DNA of 64,000 bases from Octopus bimaculoides. Lineage: Eukaryota. The position numbers were made by a program, and so were the translations under genes. Shown one piece after another: positions 26,587 to 40,735 of this stretch. The notes under the pieces are model-generated. The model saw only the letters and a program-made list of their open reading frames with translations, made no database searches and was not told the DNA's origin. The number at the start of each line of letters is the position of its first letter. Position 1 is the first letter of the stretch. The DNA is taken from assembly GCF_001194135.2 (NCBI RefSeq), contig NC_068987.1, positions 64,133,323-64,197,322 on the forward strand, read 5' to 3'.

Positions 26587-27125
26587 TCGGTTTCAAATTT
26601 TGGCACAAGGTCAACACTTTCGGGTAAAGGGCTAAATTGGTTATATCGACCTCAGTGTTCAACTGGTACTTATTTTATCGACCCCGAAAGGATGAAAAGC
26701 AAAGTCAATCTCGGTGGCATTCGAACTCACAATGTAAAGCCGGACGAAATGCTGCAAAGCATTTTGCGACGCGTGCTAACGAGTGTTTTGACCTCTAATA
26801 TTACTAGATGACTGGCACACAGAATAAAAATTGAAAATACTTTTTAAAAAACTATTAAAAGATGTATCTATCAGCTCCATCCCATCCTATCACCCCTTTT
26901 GTCCCCAGTATATAATTCCTCAATACCTATCCCAAGGGCAGCACTGCCCACTTCGAAAAGTACTGCACCAGAATGCCGAACAAAATTCAATGCAGTATTT
27001 GTTCTGGTTTTCTACGTTCTCAGATCAAATCCCGCCAAAGCCAACCTTACCTTTCGTCCATTGAAAGTGGACAAAATAAAGTACCAGTCAAGTATTGGGA
27101 CGGCTGGAATCGACTAACTCCATTC
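26587..27125. mobile_element. Two family-A SINEs, 26587-26785 (-) and a decayed copy at 26965-27125 (+)
   Basis: Match to the family-A unit. Confidence 0.8.
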
Positions 27126-27344
27126 CATTCAAACTGCTGGTCTTCTGCCTAAATGAAAAACAACTATTTATGTACTTACAGCTTCATTTGGACTTAAAGC
27201 GGTTTTAAAAAACAAAAAAATTATCTTTTCAATATTTCTAACAAAAACATATTCATATTTGTGTGTGAGGTGTGCGTGTGTGCGAGGTGTGTGAATTTTA
27301 TTTGTGTATTTTTGGTGAGAATAAATTTCGTTTACTATTTTCAG

Positions 27345-27375
27345 CTATTTGATCGCTTCCATACGGCAGCACCGC
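27345..27375 (+). CDS. Candidate 31-nt exon, LFDRFHTAAP
   Basis: Strong acceptor tttcgtttactattttcag, donor gtaaaa, CpG-rich unique sequence. Confidence 0.3.
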
Positions 27376-27688
27376 GTAAAATCGAGTCCGGAACCGAGAT
27401 GCTGCGAAGCGAACATCTTAGTTATGCTGTGAAATTAAGGACTATGTCATATCTTCAATCAGAGAAAAATTAAATGATGTAATTTTCATGCCTGCCACAA
27501 TTGAATTAATAGCGTAGTTAAAGTTGAACCAAATGGATACATCCGGGGATCTTCAACTGTTTGTTCACTATGCTGGCCCACTGTGGACTTTCATCTTTTA
27601 AAAACTGAACATGTATGTACTTATTGATAACATATATATTTTTCCATCGCAGACAGACAGACATATATACATATATATATATATATAT

Positions 27689-28058
27689 AATTAGGGGCAT
27701 AGAAAATATTTTTCTAAGCCTATATGTTGAAGATAGAGGCTAAATCGCCTCACCATTTTAAAAATCACAAAAATGCATTCGCCGAAAGTGACTGAGTTGG
27801 CTAATGGAAACTAATAACAAAATAAATAGCCCTGAATTAGCTAATTTCTGGTTCTGCCCCATGGCTTTACCTCATCATTAGAGCATACATACAGGAAATA
27901 AATGAGACGTTTATACATACCTACAGGAAAGCAAACGCAAAGCCATAACTAGGTAAGCTGCGAAATTTGTGTCTAGTTACGGTTTTGCATTTGCATTCCT
28001 GTAGTGTCTATCTTCAGCATATAGGTTTAGAAAAATATTTTTTCTATGCCCTTAATTA
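27689..28058. mobile_element. MITE with roughly 50-bp TIRs in a TA context
   Basis: TAATTAGGGGCATAGAAAATATTTTTCTAAGCCTATATGTTGAAGATAGA on the left and its reverse complement on the right. Internal 32-bp inverted repeat at 27921-28004. Confidence 0.85.
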
Positions 28059-29275
28059 TAGTTATATAAAGGATTTCACCTTAATCGGTCTATTGTTTGT
28101 ATGCTGGCCACTAATAAAACTTTTTTAAAAATTTATCCTGTATCATTATTATATATAATAACAGTACTGGTGCCTCCAAGATTGTGTATTCGCAATGATA
28201 ATGGTGCGAAACCACGATGATATTTTGATCCATTAGCTAACGAGGAAAACTCAGCTGCGAATATTCTTTGTATCGTGTTTTTCCCCGTCCGTTAAGTTTT
28301 CATCTAGTTTCCCGTTTGCTCTACTTTCGTATGTAATGCATGCCTGTCTGTTAATACACTCCTCCATTGTCAAACACAAGAGGCTACATGGAAGATGTAT
28401 TCTTGCATGAAAATAAAAGCAAAAAAGCAAAAACACCTTGGTTTCATTTATGATACCTTTAGATCAGAGGTAATCAATAGCAACATCAACTAAAGTATAC
28501 ACTGCATGGAGCACGGAAGCCCCTGAACAAATATGGGAACCATTTGTGCTCAGTCAGTCCGCAAAAATATCAGCTTGATCTTTCGCAAATCGCCCCAACC
28601 GTTTTTAAAAATGAAAAATAATGAATACAGAGGCGAGTGCGATGTTAGATAGGTACACATGATATAGTTGGAAGTAAGAGAGAACGTTCATCACTGGAAT
28701 AGTGTTATTACTTAGATCTGCTGATTCTAACTACGACGAAAGCTTCGATGTGATCTTATGAATCTGTTGGAAATAGTGACCAAACATCTCTAAAATTATA
28801 CCCAAATTGTCTTTAAAGACATTGAATAATGTATTGGCTGATATGCAACAGATGGAATAGTCATTGTTAGAATAGTTTAATAGTAGTATCCAGCAAGACA
28901 AACGAATAAACAACAGAGCTAGGCCAAAGCCAAACCGACTGATAAACACAACTCCCCATCCAAACAGGCAAAATACCGGACTGAATTGTAAGCAAAACAG
29001 GTTAAAGGATTGTCACCTCAATCTGTAATGTTTTTATAGAACGAGTTTTGTTATGTATTTGGGAAAACTATTTCTCCTAATATATCCCTAACTGCAGTGA
29101 AGATTTCTTGTCAAACAATCTGAAGTAAATGTATAAACAACACTAGCTGAACTGACGGTTATATGTGAACAATATTAAGAGTGCAGATAAAATATAGTTG
29201 GGACGAAGTGCAGACCTACTAAATATGAAAATTAAAAACAAAGAAAAAATATGGACAGAAAGAGGGGGAATGGGC

Positions 29276-29309
<34 letters not shown>

Positions 29310-29372
29310 AAACGAGACGCATATAAATATGTACAAATATATGTGTGTGTATACGTATATGTATGTATAGAT

Positions 29373-29440
<68 letters not shown>

Positions 29441-29479
29441 TGAGAGACAGACAGTCAGACAGACAGACAGACAGACAGG

Positions 29480-29514
<35 letters not shown>

Positions 29515-29876
29515 CTTTCTTTTATTAGCCACACAGGGCTGCACACAGAGGGGACAAATACAACTGTAGAGCTTTTCTTTAAGAAAAAAAAAAAGATAGA
29601 TAGATAGATAATAAAAACAGACGAATGGGTTATCTGGTACTACTACAGTTGTTTCATTAGGAATTTTATTTTATGATAAGCATAACACAATTAGATTGCG
29701 TAATACGTTATATAGCTCCCAAATCCTCAGGCAATCAGGTAAACAGTTGATCAATGACTTGTTTATTAATCAGCAGATAATCAACAAATGAAATTCAATT
29801 CCAAGTTAGAATAGCAAGTTTTAAGAAACTCAAGGTGAGTGTGTCTCCAAGCTGTCAATGAAGAAATGATAGTAGA

Positions 29877-29921
<45 letters not shown>

Positions 29922-30279
29922 TTTGTTTACAAAATTTGGCGTCAACAAGGAGTGCGGATGGCCATTTATTTTTCAATCACTACAATTGTCTCTATGAAAC
30001 GTAGTTCTCCTGGTGTGCAGGTAGGCCTGGAGAACTGCAACCGTTTCCCTACATTACGAGATCTAGTTGTGTTTCTTCACGCGATATGGGAATATTGTCT
30101 CTGTAAATTAAATGGCCAACTGTACTCCTTCTTGTTGACTCCAAATTCGTCCAATTATCTATTCACACACGACAGATGCCCAAATGCAAATCTGGAAGTA
30201 AGTATAATACTACTACTGGATAGCACAGGGTGAAATCTGAAAGTGGACAAGCTATATACTGTACTCTACTACGTTCTTG

Positions 30280-30735
30280 ACTGATTATACCATATCTGGT
30301 AATATCTATATTATCAGTGTTGAACTATATAAAACTATATAAAAGTATTATTATGAGGGAATTAAATAGCAAATACAAACATGCCACTATAAAGACACTG
30401 AACAATATTAACACTAGAAGCCTAGAAATTGTTAGAAAACTAGAGATAGATGATAGAACTGAACAATATACACCTATGAAACCTAGACTCACCCTAAAAG
30501 ATCACGAACCCAGTTTCCTAATCAACCTTTCTATATGACTAATTTGCCCTTCTAAATCCGATATAGGCCTGATTAGTAAGATTATCATAGCTAGAATCAC
30601 GCCCATACTTAAATCTAAGTTACGTTTGGCACTGCGGTCTGACACACGCCAAGTAATAGATTGCTTTAAGCAACTTGATATTAACTTGTATAGTAAGTTC
30701 CTTCAGTTTGATATAGATAATTATTACAGTGGTAT
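30280..30735 (+). mobile_element. Penelope-like RT N-terminal remnant
   Basis: LEIDDRTE..LTLKDHEPSF..LICPSKSDIGLISKII..SKFLQFDIDNYYSGI matches the PLE RT up to the first catalytic Asp motif. Confidence 0.8.
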
Positions 30736-30754
30736 ACACTGTGGTTCAGTTTAT

Positions 30755-30824
<70 letters not shown>

Positions 30825-30965
30825 AACCGCAAGAAACAGTCGCACACATACTAAACAGAAACCGGTTTATTAACAGACTGCCGTAGCATTGATTGAAGAG
30901 TGCTAATTAAGAAACTGTTCTTTTCTAATGATAAAACGTCATTTCCTGAAACATATTTGACGTCA

Positions 30966-31913
30966 CGGGTGTCCTGGATCCAAAGAGATGAACTCAATGT
31001 CTCGAGTGACCACCGTTAGCGTTGACTACTGCCAAGCATCTTCTGTACATTCAATGCACCAAACAATTGATGAAGGCCAGTGAGATAGCAGCCCATACTC
31101 TACTATGGAAGCAGTTCAGGTTCCAGAATGTCGCTAATGTATCGTTGGATGTTAATTTTAACACCGAGGGCACAAAAAACGAGGGAAGACCTTCCAGTGG
31201 CTGTCACAGACACCCAAACCATAACTGACTGTGGATTTTGACGTCGATTATCGAGTCTAACTTCGACAGAAACAAATACACTCTAAAGTCGGTCATTCTG
31301 ATGGTTTACTGTCTGTTCGATATCAAATAACTTTTCATCAGTGAACACCAGGTTGGGTAGCGTGCCTTCAGTAATCTGATGCAGGGTAAGACAACTTCTC
31401 TTCAGTGTCATGTCCTTATAAACTTGCGTGAGCTCATGGCGGCGGATAATCTTGTAAGAGTGGGTCCTGAAATCCTCCTTCTGCATTCGATGCATCGATG
31501 TCCGGCTAATTTTTGCTATGGAACCAGTTTTCTGATGGAACGGCGAGGATTTTGCCATATCTTTTCTTTGATATTTTTGATAAGCTTAAAGGTCTGTACA
31601 CTTCTTTTTGGCCACTTCCAGGTCGATCAGCGTGGAGCCAGTCTTTTGAAATTTTTTCACAATTTTCCAGACTTGTTCGGTTAATTTTAAGCTTTTACTG
31701 TTATAGCTGTAACACTTTTTCCACTTTTGTGGAGGGTTATAATTGTATTTTGGTCTATAGATATTACCTAATTTATAAATTTGAATTTATTCAGTCTGAA
31801 ACAAAAGATGACACACTAAGCTTTCATAATGATGTATAATTTTCATATCTTATCACATTTATTGATAGTTATTAAAGCCCGAAACTTTGATTGCCTTAAT
31901 TGGGAACACCCTG
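30966..31913 (-). mobile_element. Decayed, internally deleted maT/DD37D-type transposon
   Basis: FQKTGST.DRPGSG HTH linker, LVFTDEKLFDIEQTVNHQNDR, PQSVMVWVSVTATG..GVKINIQRYISDILEP and AVVNANGGH. TA|CAGGGTGTTCCC end near 31913. Subfamily assignment rests on motif style. Confidence 0.75.
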
Positions 31914-31918
31914 TATAT

Positions 31919-32000
<82 letters not shown>

Positions 32001-32937
32001 GTGTGTGGGGGTGAGTGTGGATCTATACATGTATGTAGTTTATTACCACCAACTCTACCTACTTTTACCACAACAGTTTCAAGTACCATTATGAATTCAC
32101 ATAAAAAAAATTAAAGTCTCATTTCCCCCTCCTATACCTTTCACGCACACACACACACGCACACACACACACGCACACGCACACACACGCACACACACAT
32201 GCATGCACACACGCACCCAGACACGCACCCAGACACGCACCAGGCATACGTATATGTATACATACACACTCGTACAACTGTAGTATTTTTGCGAGTGTGA
32301 AAGTCTGTACTCCCATATGTATATATGTATGTACGTGTATGCGTGTGCGTGTGTGTGTGTGTATGTACGTGCGAATGTGTGTGTTTATATATGCACGTAT
32401 GTATCTATGTACGGGAATAATATTTTGCTTTATTCTAAAACTATTTTGCTGTAGACAAGTCTTTTTCAGTAATTGAAAACACTTTATTAATTAGATTAAA
32501 ATAATTATTATATATTAGCTTAATTACGTTATTAGACTAAAGGAAACTAACAACTATAGCTAAAACATAACGCAACTTAAAACTGTAAAAACGCCAACAT
32601 AAGTGCCACTATTCGACTGCTCGATCAACTAAATTTAGCAGCCAATTGCCGCGCAAGTGATACCCTAACCTCTAAAAAAAACCTGACTGGCGGTCACAGC
32701 TGGAACCATTTTTTACCAAAATTTATTTGATCAGACTGGAGTTCTGTTAAACAATAGCGAAAACAGAATTAAAATTTTTTTGTTCCTTTATTTAAATGAA
32801 ATGCATATTATAACAAGTAGCAGCGCCTGTATATGTGCGTATGTGTGTATTTATGTATGTGCATGTCTATATGTAATGTTTGTGTTCGAGTATATTTATA
32901 CATATATGTATCTGCGTGTGTATGGAGGGGGAATGTT

Positions 32938-32974
<37 letters not shown>

Positions 32975-33019
32975 TTATATGTTAATATATACGTATGTTT
33001 GTATGTTTATATAGATATG

Positions 33020-33059
<40 letters not shown>

Positions 33060-33094
33060 TGTGTGTGTGTGTGTGTGTGTAAATACAACACAGT

Positions 33095-33285
33095 TGGTAA
33101 AAATGAGTAGTACCTGTACTTCAAAATACACTTACTTGTCACATTCTATATCACGCCGCTGAATCTCCATGAGAAATACATGAAGTGTACGCATGTCTGT
33201 GGAGTGCTCAGCCACTTGCACGTTAATTTCACGAGCAGGCTATTCCGTTAATCGGATCAGCTGGCACACTCGTCGCCGTAACCAA
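33095..33285 (+). mobile_element. 3' fragment of a family-C-tailed SINE
   Basis: GTCTGTGGAGTGCTCAGCCACTTGCACGTTAATTTCACGAGCAGGCT is shared with family C. Confidence 0.8.
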
Positions 33286-33454
33286 TGTAATGCCAGACCA
33301 TTTACAAGACGACTCAAAGACGAACATTTTCATGCTTGTTCTTTACCAAACTCACTAAGAAATCAAGAAGTCTTTACATAAAAATGAATTACAATTTGTC
33401 AGATGTTATCAACCTAAAGTTACGATTGGAGAATAAAAATTATCGCTAATATTA

Positions 33455-34530
33455 TTAGGTTGTCAAGTATGAAATTTGTAGAAAAGAAAAAAACAGTTTG
33501 CTAATGTTTTATAAATACAAGGAATAGTTTTATTCATCAATGTATGCACCCATATTGTCAATACACTTTTGCCGTTACAGCGGTAGCTTGTCCAGTCAGG
33601 AACTGTAAAACCTGGCAATCTAGAATCAATAAAATCTTTTACAACATCATCGGAATTAAATTTTTGCCAATCAAAAAGTTATCCAAATTCTGGGAGAAGT
33701 CGTAGTCAGTGGAGGCAAGATCAGGTGAGTATGGTGGATTATGGAGAACTTCCAGCTCCAACTCTTCTAGTTTCGCCAATATCATTTTTGTGATGTGTGG
33801 TCTGGTGTTGTCTTGCAATAAAATAATAGTGGATCTGTTGATTAATCTAGGCTGGGTTTTTTTTTGCAACTTTCTGCATCATTTGGTCCAGCTGGCTGCA
33901 GTATACTTCAACCGTGTTTGATGATCCAGGTTTAATGAAATCATAATGGATCACACCTGCGCCAAACCACCAGACACACACCATCATCTTCTTTTGATGA
34001 ATTTTGCTTTCTGGACTGTGTTTTGCTGACTCGTCTTTCTCCAACCATTGTGCTGAACGTTTACGGCTATTGTATTAGACCTATTTCTCATCACATATTA
34101 CACTTCGATTCAAAAATGATTCATTTTTGTGACGAGAAAGTAGCATAATACAGGCTTCCAAACGTTGCTGTTTCTAATTTTCTGAGTTCATGTGGGACCC
34201 ACTTATCCAAATTTTATACTTTACCGACTTGAACTAGGTGAGTCAATACTGTTTGCTGCCTAACACCAAACAATAGCGATAATTTCACGGGCACTTTGAG
34301 ATGCATCTGACTCGTCATTATCCACCTTTGTTTCTGATCGACCGCGTTGCTCATTTTTGAGGTCAAAGTTACCAGAAAGAAATTTTGCAAACCAATTTGA
34401 TACTGTCTGTTGTGTAATAACATTAGAATTAAATACTCCATTAATATTCCGAGCTGTCTGTGATGTATTTCCAAAAAGAACTCATATTTCAAAACCGTAC
34501 GAATTTCCAACTTACCATCTCTAAGCAAAA
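33455..34530 (-). mobile_element. Decayed mariner (DD34D-type) transposon
   Basis: LDKWVPHEL, MVCVWW..GVIHY, LLQDNTRPH and PPYSPDLASTDY motifs. TA|TTAGGTTG TIR-like end at 33455; the other TIR was not found. Confidence 0.9.
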
Positions 34531-35554
34531 ATAGCAAAAAACGCGTTATAAGTAAATTATAAAGCGCAAAATGAGTTAGAATAAATAATTAGATGTGTCA
34601 GCTTTCTAGCAAAAAATTAAGATTGTCAAAATATAATAATGGCGCAAAATGAGCAGCTATCAAAGTTTACCATATAACTTACTACAAATTTTTGTTTTCT
34701 TCCCAGCTCAACTTCAGAACATATACGTAAATGCCACAAGTTGTGCCCCTAATTTTCACTGTAACGCACTAAAATCTGGAAAACCTATGTTTTTCGAACG
34801 TTTAAATTTTATCGTGCAGGATGCTATATGATTGATTCGCGCGCACATGTGTGTGTGAGCGTGAGTGTGTTCGCACGTATGCATTTTACATGCACTGACT
34901 ACATTTACCATAAATCCCACATATTTTTTAATGAATCATCTTGGTCTTTACATATGTTTACCGATTGCAAGGTGATGGTGTTATGTAAAAATGAAACCCA
35001 AATTGGACCAGGATAAGTAAAGTTTTATTGTCATACAGGAAATATTTTATTTCTGAGGCTTTTAACTTTGTAACATAATATATAGTACATGCTCGTGGTA
35101 TTGGAGCTATTTATACATGTGTGGATGGATGCATTCATATATGTGTATGTGTGTGTGCGTGCGTGTATTTAAACGCATACACTCACACACACACACTCAC
35201 TTACTGTTATCGTTGATATCATTCACCTCTCAACTTTTAATTTGTAATTATCTAAAACTTTTTCCGACACCTAAATCACACGGCTTACATGATTCAGGAT
35301 TTACTGGAAACTTACGCGCCTATGTTACTCCTCATTGAGTCCTTACTCTCGAGTAATTTGGCGAAAACAGTGTTTTACAAAATTTTCAGCCGTATCTAGA
35401 TCGCGACTTACCTGACAAAACAGCTCGCCTATGGATTCCATCTATCTCACATCGCTCCATATTAACTATCGCGATACGTCCTACCCATACTTTCTCAATT
35501 GGTGTGTGAATCAAGTTGGAGTTTTATCCCTAACATTCCATCTTCTTTGCATTG

Positions 35555-35653
35555 GAGGTTTACACACCATTCACACTAACAGCACTAGAGGTTTACATAC
35601 CAGTCTCACTAACGACACTAGAGGCTTACATACCATTCACACTAACAGCACTA
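35555..35653. repeat. 33-bp tandem repeat, three copies
   Basis: GAGGTTTACACACCATTCACACTAACAGCACTA and two variants. Confidence 0.92.
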
Positions 35654-35705
35654 TGCAGATGCTAACACAATTCGTGCTTTCTTCACATCCAGTACATAAT
35701 TGCCA

Positions 35706-35743
35706 TGAGATGCTTTGGTTGTAGGTACAACCAAAGCATCTCA
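35706..35743. repeat. Perfect 18-bp inverted repeat with a 2-nt spacer
   Basis: TGAGATGCTTTGGTTGTA-GG-TACAACCAAAGCATCTCA. Confidence 0.97.
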
Positions 35744-37052
35744 CGCTAAACCTGCTCTGGTTCTGTAACGATATACCTTGGAAACATTAGTTAATGGGAT
35801 CATACCAATCTTGTCACGTTGAAAAGTACAAAGACATAGTTACTACAAATTTCAAGAAACCAGTACTGTACATCCCATAGTAAAAGTGAACAACCGCTAC
35901 GATAAATCTCAAGGTCGCTACAAAGTTTAGTCCTTACCACAACTAAGGACTTTCTTGGTGAACGCTCGTCTTCAACTTCGCAAAGCCAGCACCACAAAGG
36001 CAGAATCACACAATCTGGCCTTCCTATTCAAGGAAAGCAAATATTTCACTCTCTCCCGCCTGCCCAATAGCCTTCAGGGGAGATCCTTACTTTGGGTTTG
36101 TGCTATACAACGCACAAGAAGAAAAATTACATGGCATCCCAATAAAAGTCACAGGTTTATTGTCATGAAGTCGCTCACCAATGCACACCGACTTGTTACT
36201 TCTTTTCTGTAGTCTTTCTACTGTGTTTGCCGCTTCTGAAAAGTTCTCTGATCCTCGAAACTGTTTCAACTCTTGTCACATCCACACAAGCATTCCTGAT
36301 TTATTCGTCCTTCATCTTTCCGTCAGCCGTACTATGTCCATACTTAGCAGGCTCTGCGCTAACGTTTATGCTCAATTTTCTTCAGCAGAACATTTGGAAT
36401 TCATTCTTTATACATGTGATTCTTGTAGATGACCGACTTGTGAGTGCTCAGATGAAGCATTAATCATAGAGCTCTCACTGATTTCTATGACAGATTTCGT
36501 CTAGGGGAGAGGGCACGACCTGTTCGACCATAAATTAACAAGCATGTGTGGGTGTATATATGCACGCTTATGCGCACACACATATAGACTTAATATGTGT
36601 GTGTGAGTGTGCGTTTGTATGTGTGTTCATTTGTGTGTGTGCCTATTTGTGCGTATGTGTGTGTCTGCGTTTCTATTTGTGTGTGCGTATTTATATACTT
36701 GCGTGTTTGCAAGGAAATAGTATTCAATTTAACAGTTGATTTAATTGTAGTTCCTGATCTGAAACCGGAGCAATTACATCATGGTAGAAGCATGTTATCC
36801 ATTTGTTAGTTATACAACTAAATTAAGGAAGATGAATGAAACAGATTTTGTGTTTGAAAAACATTACTTTTCCACAATTTAATTATTGAGTGTGTATATA
36901 TATATTTGAATATGAGCAAATGAATGAATGAATGAATGAATGAATGAATGTATACACATGCGTGTGTATGTATGTATATGTATGAATGTATACACATGCG
37001 TGTGTATGTATGTATATGTATGAATGTGAGTGAATGAACGTACATATGTGTG

Positions 37053-37111
<59 letters not shown>

Positions 37112-37662
37112 CTAATGTCCCACGTTTTAATTGCCAGCGCAAGTTTCCATTTATTTAAGAAATTCATTAACAGATTTCACATTACCGCTGAACTACAACT
37201 GCGGCGAAAGTAAGTTCTTCGCCATCTGTTTAATTTCTTTCATTTAGGAAATGATGAAACATACTGGTTGGCTTTAACGAAGCACATATCCTAAACGGAG
37301 ACGTATAGCTTAATCTCTAAATGTTTCATCGTAGATATGAAATATTAATTACACGTTTATCAAGTTAATTGATACAACCTACCAACCACTGACATAACTA
37401 AGTAGGCAGTACGAATTTTACACGATTGCTGACACAGCATATGTAACGCTATCTGTGATAACTTTCGACATTTAAACACGGTCTAATACAATATTAACGT
37501 AACTATATGACGCGGGTAGTTAGTAACCTAAGACACAGGCAACCAATCACTAACAATACAATTAGCACAGTTAATGAATCGAAACTTGAAACTCCTCCTC
37601 GTTTCTCCGGCACCCGTCTCTCTCTCACTCTCCCTCCCTCTCTTTCTCTCTCTCTCCTTCTT

Positions 37663-37781
<119 letters not shown>

Positions 37782-38237
37782 CTCATCATCATCGCCATAG
37801 TTGTTAGCCACCCTCATCACTATCATGGCCTGCTATGTCTGCTGAATAAGAAATAACGCATTGCATAACATAATCATAGATACATTAAGTCTTAGAAAGG
37901 TCGAGAAATGTACAACTGATATACATTTCGTCATAGATCTAAACTCAAGTGGGGTTTATCAGAGGTTGATCATCATCACTATCATTATCATCTTCGTCAT
38001 CGTGTCGAAATTGTAGTAGTCGTCGTCATGCGACGGAGAATATGCGTAATGTAAATGAGATAGCATGAACAAGTTTATTATGAAACAATAGCATAATTGT
38101 ACGAAACAGCTTGTAACCGCGTAAGAGCTTAAATGCTGACTGCATTATATTAAATCCACATAACTGATATTGAGTACTGTTGCGTCATGTATACGTTCAA
38201 ATCATTATCGTTCATGCAACGTATGCATGCATATATA

Positions 38238-38377
38238 TAGGCGCAGGAGTGGCTGTGTGGTAAGTAGCTGGCTTACCAACCACATGGTTCCGAGTTCAAT
38301 CCCACTGCGTGACACCTTGGGCCGAGCAAAGCCTTGTGAGTGGATTTGGTAGACAGAAACTGAAAGAAGCCGTCGTA

Positions 38378-38417
<40 letters not shown>
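38238..38417 (+). mobile_element. SINE family B 5' part running into an N gap
   Basis: TAGGCGCAGGAGTGGCTGTGTGGTAAGTAGC head. Confidence 0.88.
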
Positions 38418-38805
38418 NNNNNNNNNNNNNNNNNNNNNNNNNNNNNNNNNNNNNNNNNNNNNNNNNNNNNNNNNNNNNNNNNNNNNNNNNNNNNNNNNNN
38501 NNNNNNNNNNNNNNNNNNNNNNNNNNNNNNNNNNNNNNNNNNNNNNNNNNNNNNNNNNNNNNNNNNNNNNNNNNNNNNNNNNNNNNNNNNNNNNNNNNNN
38601 NNNNNNNNNNNNNNNNNNNNNNNNNNNNNNNNNNNNNNNNNNNNNNNNNNNNNNNNNNNNNNNNNNNNNNNNNNNNNNNNNNNNNNNNNNNNNNNNNNNN
38701 NNNNNNNNNNNNNNNNNNNNNNNNNNNNNNNNNNNNNNNNNNNNNNNNNNNNNNNNNNNNNNNNNNNNNNNNNNNNNNNNNNNNNNNNNNNNNNNNNNNN
38801 NNNNN

Positions 38806-38848
<43 letters not shown>

Positions 38849-38984
38849 TCGCGCTCTTCTTACAACGTTAAGAGTTTTTAACTCTTATTTCTAGCAATGT
38901 AGGTGCTTCGGCACCCTTGGTTACATTTAGCGATGATTAATTTTTGTGATATATATATATATATATATATATGAGAAACATCCA

Positions 38985-39305
38985 GTTTCCGTCTACCAAA
39001 TTCACTTAAAAGATATTTCTTGGCTCGAGGCTACAGTAAAAAGACTTCGTCCCAAGATGCCGCACAAAGAGACTGAACTTGAAACTTTGTAGTTGCAAAG
39101 CAATACTTTTAACCATGCAACAAGAAAACATGATTCATAATAGTATAAAACATCCGGATATATCAAACATTTGGTGCACCATACAAAGTAAACTATAAAC
39201 TATTAGCTATAAAAATTACAAGGCGGCTAGGTGGGAGAATCGTTAGCAAGCTGGGCGAAATGCTTAGTGGCATTTTGCCCGTCGCTACGTTCTGAGTTCA
39301 AATTT
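38985..39305. mobile_element. Decayed family-B head (-, 38985-39120) and family-A head (+, 39225-39305)
   Basis: Partial matches to the respective units. Confidence 0.65.
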
Positions 39306-39479
39306 CGGAAGACTGCAAGTCATCAAAATATTGGAAAGGAGTCACTTGTATCATGATGATTAGTGCTGGATATCAAAACCACCGACATTATTACTGATGC
39401 TCAATACTCTGTGAACTTTGTAAAGGCAGAAAGGCGTGACGTGCACAGCTGCAGGATTTTCCGTTTGTTCGGATGACAA

Positions 39480-40735
39480 TATCCCGCAACCCTGGTTACC
39501 AAATAATGGGTAGCAGTTTCAACATAGCTATTCATTCCAATTCTGTTATAAACTCCGTCTTAGACCCACCCTTACCAACATGTCAACCTAAATTAGCCTC
39601 ACGAGGACGGTACTCCATAAAAAAAAGCGAAAATCCTGTAACTGTCGCGCATCCAATTTATGCCCTCTTGAAGGTTTTTGCTTACGCAAAAATGTGATAT
39701 ATAAATATGATATATGATGACACCCTGCAACTAGTAGATTTTAATCGTGGATATCGTGCACACATTAATTCATTTATTAATCCCATAGCGAAATGTTCTA
39801 CTTCACTTGCTACACATATCCATAATCTCAAAGCACAGAATATACAATTCAAACTATCCTGGTCAATAGTAACAGAAGTTCCCCCCTTACAATTCATATA
39901 CACGTAAATGTAAAACCTGTATTAAAGAACCATTAACTATTCTGCGTATGTATAATCGTTCAACGTTAAATATGTTTTCAAATGTTATCTTCTGTTGTAG
40001 ACAAAGGTATTATTCGATTGTTAGACATTTGGCTAACTTTTCATAACTTCACAATAAATTATTATTCCATTAATTTTGAATTGTAATAGCTTGGATTATA
40101 GCTTCTCCTCTAATCCTCCACCTCTAATATTTTTAATAGCTTCGTCTTAGTAGTAGTATATTCTCCCTTCTTACTACTCTCTGAAAAAAAAACACCTCCA
40201 ATACCTACACCCACCCTTAATAATAAATGTAGTTCCTTATAAAGTCTGTCAACTTTGAATTCCACCATATCACCATAACAAATGTAAAGTTGGAAATTTC
40301 CATAAAGGAGGAGGCGGCGGTATGAACTAATGAACCTTAAAATCTATATTTTTGAATCAGTATGCGCCCAGAAACGGCCGTCGGACTTTAAGGACTTATA
40401 ACCTTCCATATGGATTTATAGCATGCTACACTGATTTTATACTCTACCCATTCTACTTATATATGTTTGATATCGTTTTTATTGTAAGTAGGGCTATATA
40501 TTTGTACAATGTTAATATATTCTTAGTGTATTTGAATTGGTATATTTATATACTTTAATGTAGTTTTAATGTATTTATATAGCTATATATTTTTATTGCA
40601 TGATTTTGTGCACATAATTTTTATAAGGGAATATATTTTATTATATGCTTTTTCGTATTTTTTCTATAGCTCAAATGTCTTGAGCGCTTCGGTGTGTCCT
40701 CTGTATATAGAGAAAAATTATCTCTAAAGAATAAT
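39480..40735 (+). mobile_element. Penelope-like element 3' remnant (Cys linker, GIY-YIG region, downstream terminal region)
   Basis: KSCNCRASNLCPLEGFCLRKNVIYK, YRAHINSF..STSLATHIHNLK..FKLSWSIV and YNSYTRKCKTCIKE..LN are typical PLE motifs. Confidence 0.82.

Larger units (their letters stand above)
35350..36560 (+). mobile_element. Very decayed CR1/L2-group LINE remnant
   Basis: LTKQLAYGFH, VNQVGVLSLTFHLLCI (PQG-like) and LAFLFKESKYFT parallel the copy at 6390-7430. Confidence 0.5.
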
